Source: an uncultured Gammaproteobacteria bacterium (lineage in GTDB: Bacteria; Pseudomonadota; Gammaproteobacteria; JBGSLN01). Taken from it: a DNA stretch of 64,000 nt. Location: positions 1,766,238-1,830,237 of the forward strand of contig OY968770.1 of assembly GCA_963695245.1 (NCBI GenBank). Direction: 5' to 3'. This document shows, piece after piece, positions 62,174 to 64,000 of this stretch. A model generated the notes under the pieces. That model ran no database searches. It was not told the origin of the DNA and was given only the letters and a program-made list of their open reading frames with translations. Positions within the stretch are counted from its first letter, which is position 1, and every line of letters starts with the position of its first letter. A program made the position numbers and the translations under genes.

Positions 62174-64000
62174 ATGACCCAACAAAATCAAATTGCACTA
62201 AACACTCAAGAAAAATCAATTCGAGATATCAAGCAAAATATCTTATCACTAATGGCGAGTCAACCACCAAAAATACAAAGTTTGATCCGTCAGTTGATTG
62301 ATTATTATCAAAAATTAATTTTATGTATGCCTGGAAATGTTTATTGGATGGATAAAAATAACTGTTCGGTAGGGTGTAATCAAAATGTTTTGGATCTTTT
62401 TGGTTTGAAGCATATTGATGATTTTGATAATTTGTCTTTTGAAGACATGGCTCAATTGGGTCAATGGTCTAAAGACCAGGGAAATTCTTTTCAGCAAGAT
62501 ACTCAGTCTGTTCTTAATTCTGGGATACCTAAAACTAATGTAGAAGAGCCACCGATTCCAAACCCTAATGGTACTGACACCTATTTTTTATCTAGCAGGA
62601 TGCCATTATTTAACGAATTAGGCAATGTAATTGGTGTTGTGGGGATTTCAACTGATATTACTCAACAAAAATTAACTGAAATTGCTTTGAATAAAGCTAA
62701 TAAAGCTAAAAACGAATTTCTCGCTAACTTAAGCCATGATATTCGTACACCGCTTTCCAGTGTTATTTCATTATGCGAACATTTACATAATACAATTGAG
62801 ACAGAAAACTTAAAGGAAATTGCCTTTGATGCACAAAGTTGCGCCGAACAGGTTTTACTTTTGTTAGATGAGATTTTAGAAATTACCGAAATTGATTCTG
62901 ATAATATACCAGCAACCAAAGTCAAATTTTCCTTAAGTGAATTTATTCACTCAGTAAAAGTTTTAATGGGAAACTTTGCCAAACAAAAACAATTAAGTTT
63001 TATTTGCGAAATAGAAGCAGGCACGCCCAACATTGTTATCGGAAAAAGACAGTTGATTCACAGAGTATTATTAAATTTAATAAGTAACGCCATTAAATTT
63101 ACCGAAAAAGGGTACATAAAAATTAAATTCAGTGGGGAAAATATCAGTGAAAAGCAGTTTGATTTAAATATCCGAGTAGAAGATAGTGGTATTGGAATTC
63201 TAAAAGACAACTTTGAAAAAATTTTTGATCAGTTTGAACGCGGTAGCTCAGCTTTTGAAAATATCTATGAAGGCAGGGGGCTTGGGTTATATATTGTAAA
63301 AAAATTTTTAAACCTGCTAGAGGGTAATATTGAAGTAAATAGCGAACCCAAAAAAGGCTCTGTTTTCACAGTGCGCATTCCACTCAAAGTTTTGCATAAC
63401 AATCAATTTAAAGATAGTCAGGCAACGCCTGAAATTTTTCAACTGACTTCTTCCAATAAAAATTCAACCTATATCCCAAATGAACTTTCAGGAGAAACTA
63501 AAATTTTATTAGTGGAAGATACTGAAATAGCCAGAAAAGCTGTACTCAATATTCTTTCAAATTTTGACTATGAAATTTTAATTGCAAAAACAGGTACAGA
63601 AGCGATAAAGTTTGCCAAAAATAATCAATTTGATATGATTTTACTCGATATTGGTTTGCCAGATATATCAGGCATTGAAGTTGCAAAAACTATTCGCCAA
63701 TTTGAGTTACAAAATAATATTGTTCCCACACCTATTATAGGCCTTACCGCTCATGTTCCGCAATCTTCTGTACAACACTGTATAAATGCAGGTATACAAC
63801 AGGTTATTCGCAAACCTTTAACGCTTGAAAGAGCTAATGCACTCTTTAGTAATTGGCTATCACATACCATAAAATCTGAAAGCAAAAATTATAAAGTAGA
63901 TAATGAAAAACAATTTCAAGCGCATCTTCTGGAAAAATTTAAACAAGATTTACACATCAATAAAAAATCCCTTGCAGTGGCATATCATTCCAACTCAAAA
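62174..64000 (+). CDS. Hybrid sensor histidine kinase (PAS, HisKA, HATPase, receiver), truncated by the window end
   Basis: H-box LSHDIRTPLSSV, G-box GLGLYIVKKF, then a receiver domain (KILLVEDTEIARK...MILLDIGLPDISG). The ORF runs off the window. Confidence 0.8.
   Translation, partial: MTQQNQIALNTQEKSIRDIKQNILSLMASQPPKIQSLIRQLIDYYQKLILCMPGNVYWMDKNNCSVGCNQNVLDLFGLKHIDDFDNLSFEDMAQLGQWSKDQGNSFQQDTQSVLNSGIPKTNVEEPPIPNPNGTDTYFLSSRMPLFNELGNVIGVVGISTDITQQKLTEIALNKANKAKNEFLANLSHDIRTPLSSVISLCEHLHNTIETENLKEIAFDAQSCAEQVLLLLDEILEITEIDSDNIPATKVKFSLSEFIHSVKVLMGNFAKQKQLSFICEIEAGTPNIVIGKRQLIHRVLLNLISNAIKFTEKGYIKIKFSGENISEKQFDLNIRVEDSGIGILKDNFEKIFDQFERGSSAFENIYEGRGLGLYIVKKFLNLLEGNIEVNSEPKKGSVFTVRIPLKVLHNNQFKDSQATPEIFQLTSSNKNSTYIPNELSGETKILLVEDTEIARKAVLNILSNFDYEILIAKTGTEAIKFAKNNQFDMILLDIGLPDISGIEVAKTIRQFELQNNIVPTPIIGLTAHVPQSSVQHCINAGIQQVIRKPLTLERANALFSNWLSHTIKSESKNYKVDNEKQFQAHLLEKFKQDLHINKKSLAVAYHSNSK

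Overview
This is an AT-rich gammaproteobacterial window, roughly 30-40% GC by eye. Conserved housekeeping blocks sit beside a clearly accessory region. Housekeeping genes: an opuC/proU-type ABC transporter, tgt, pdxH, lepB, umuDC, minCDE, fadD, an OmpR-type two-component pair, recR-ybaB-dnaX, an MFS sugar porter with glk, lolA, rarA, crcB, serS and ppsR. Two tRNAs are present (tRNA-Arg UCG on the minus strand, tRNA-Ser GGA on the plus strand). An unlisted SRP/4.5S RNA gene (ffs) lies immediately upstream of dnaX. The main accessory feature is a complete-looking type VI secretion (T6SS-i-like) locus spanning about 13.6-29.8 kb. It is organised as divergent hcp, then tssJ-tssK-tssL-tssM-tssA-tssB-tssC on the plus strand. 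A minus-strand operon follows, carrying a truncated, divergent TssC paralog with tssE-tssF-tssG and two unknown ORFs. No ClpV/TssH, VgrG or PAAR gene is seen in the window. The locus is markedly more AT-rich than the flanks. It is bounded on one side by an IS4-family insertion sequence and the 3' end of tRNA-Arg. The window also encodes several eukaryotic-like domain proteins of the kind typical of Legionella-like intracellular bacteria: an F-box protein, a tandem U-box protein, and an ankyrin-repeat membrane protein, plus large orphan proteins. It also encodes an unusual tandem-duplicated CsrA-like protein. A family of about 11 copies of a ~110-190 bp nested-palindromic MITE-like repeat (core AATGTAGGTTGGGCTGA..GGAAGCCCAACAG) occupies intergenic regions. 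One copy is split by the IS element. No rRNA and no CRISPR array were found. The organism assignment (Legionellales-like) is an inference from gene content only.
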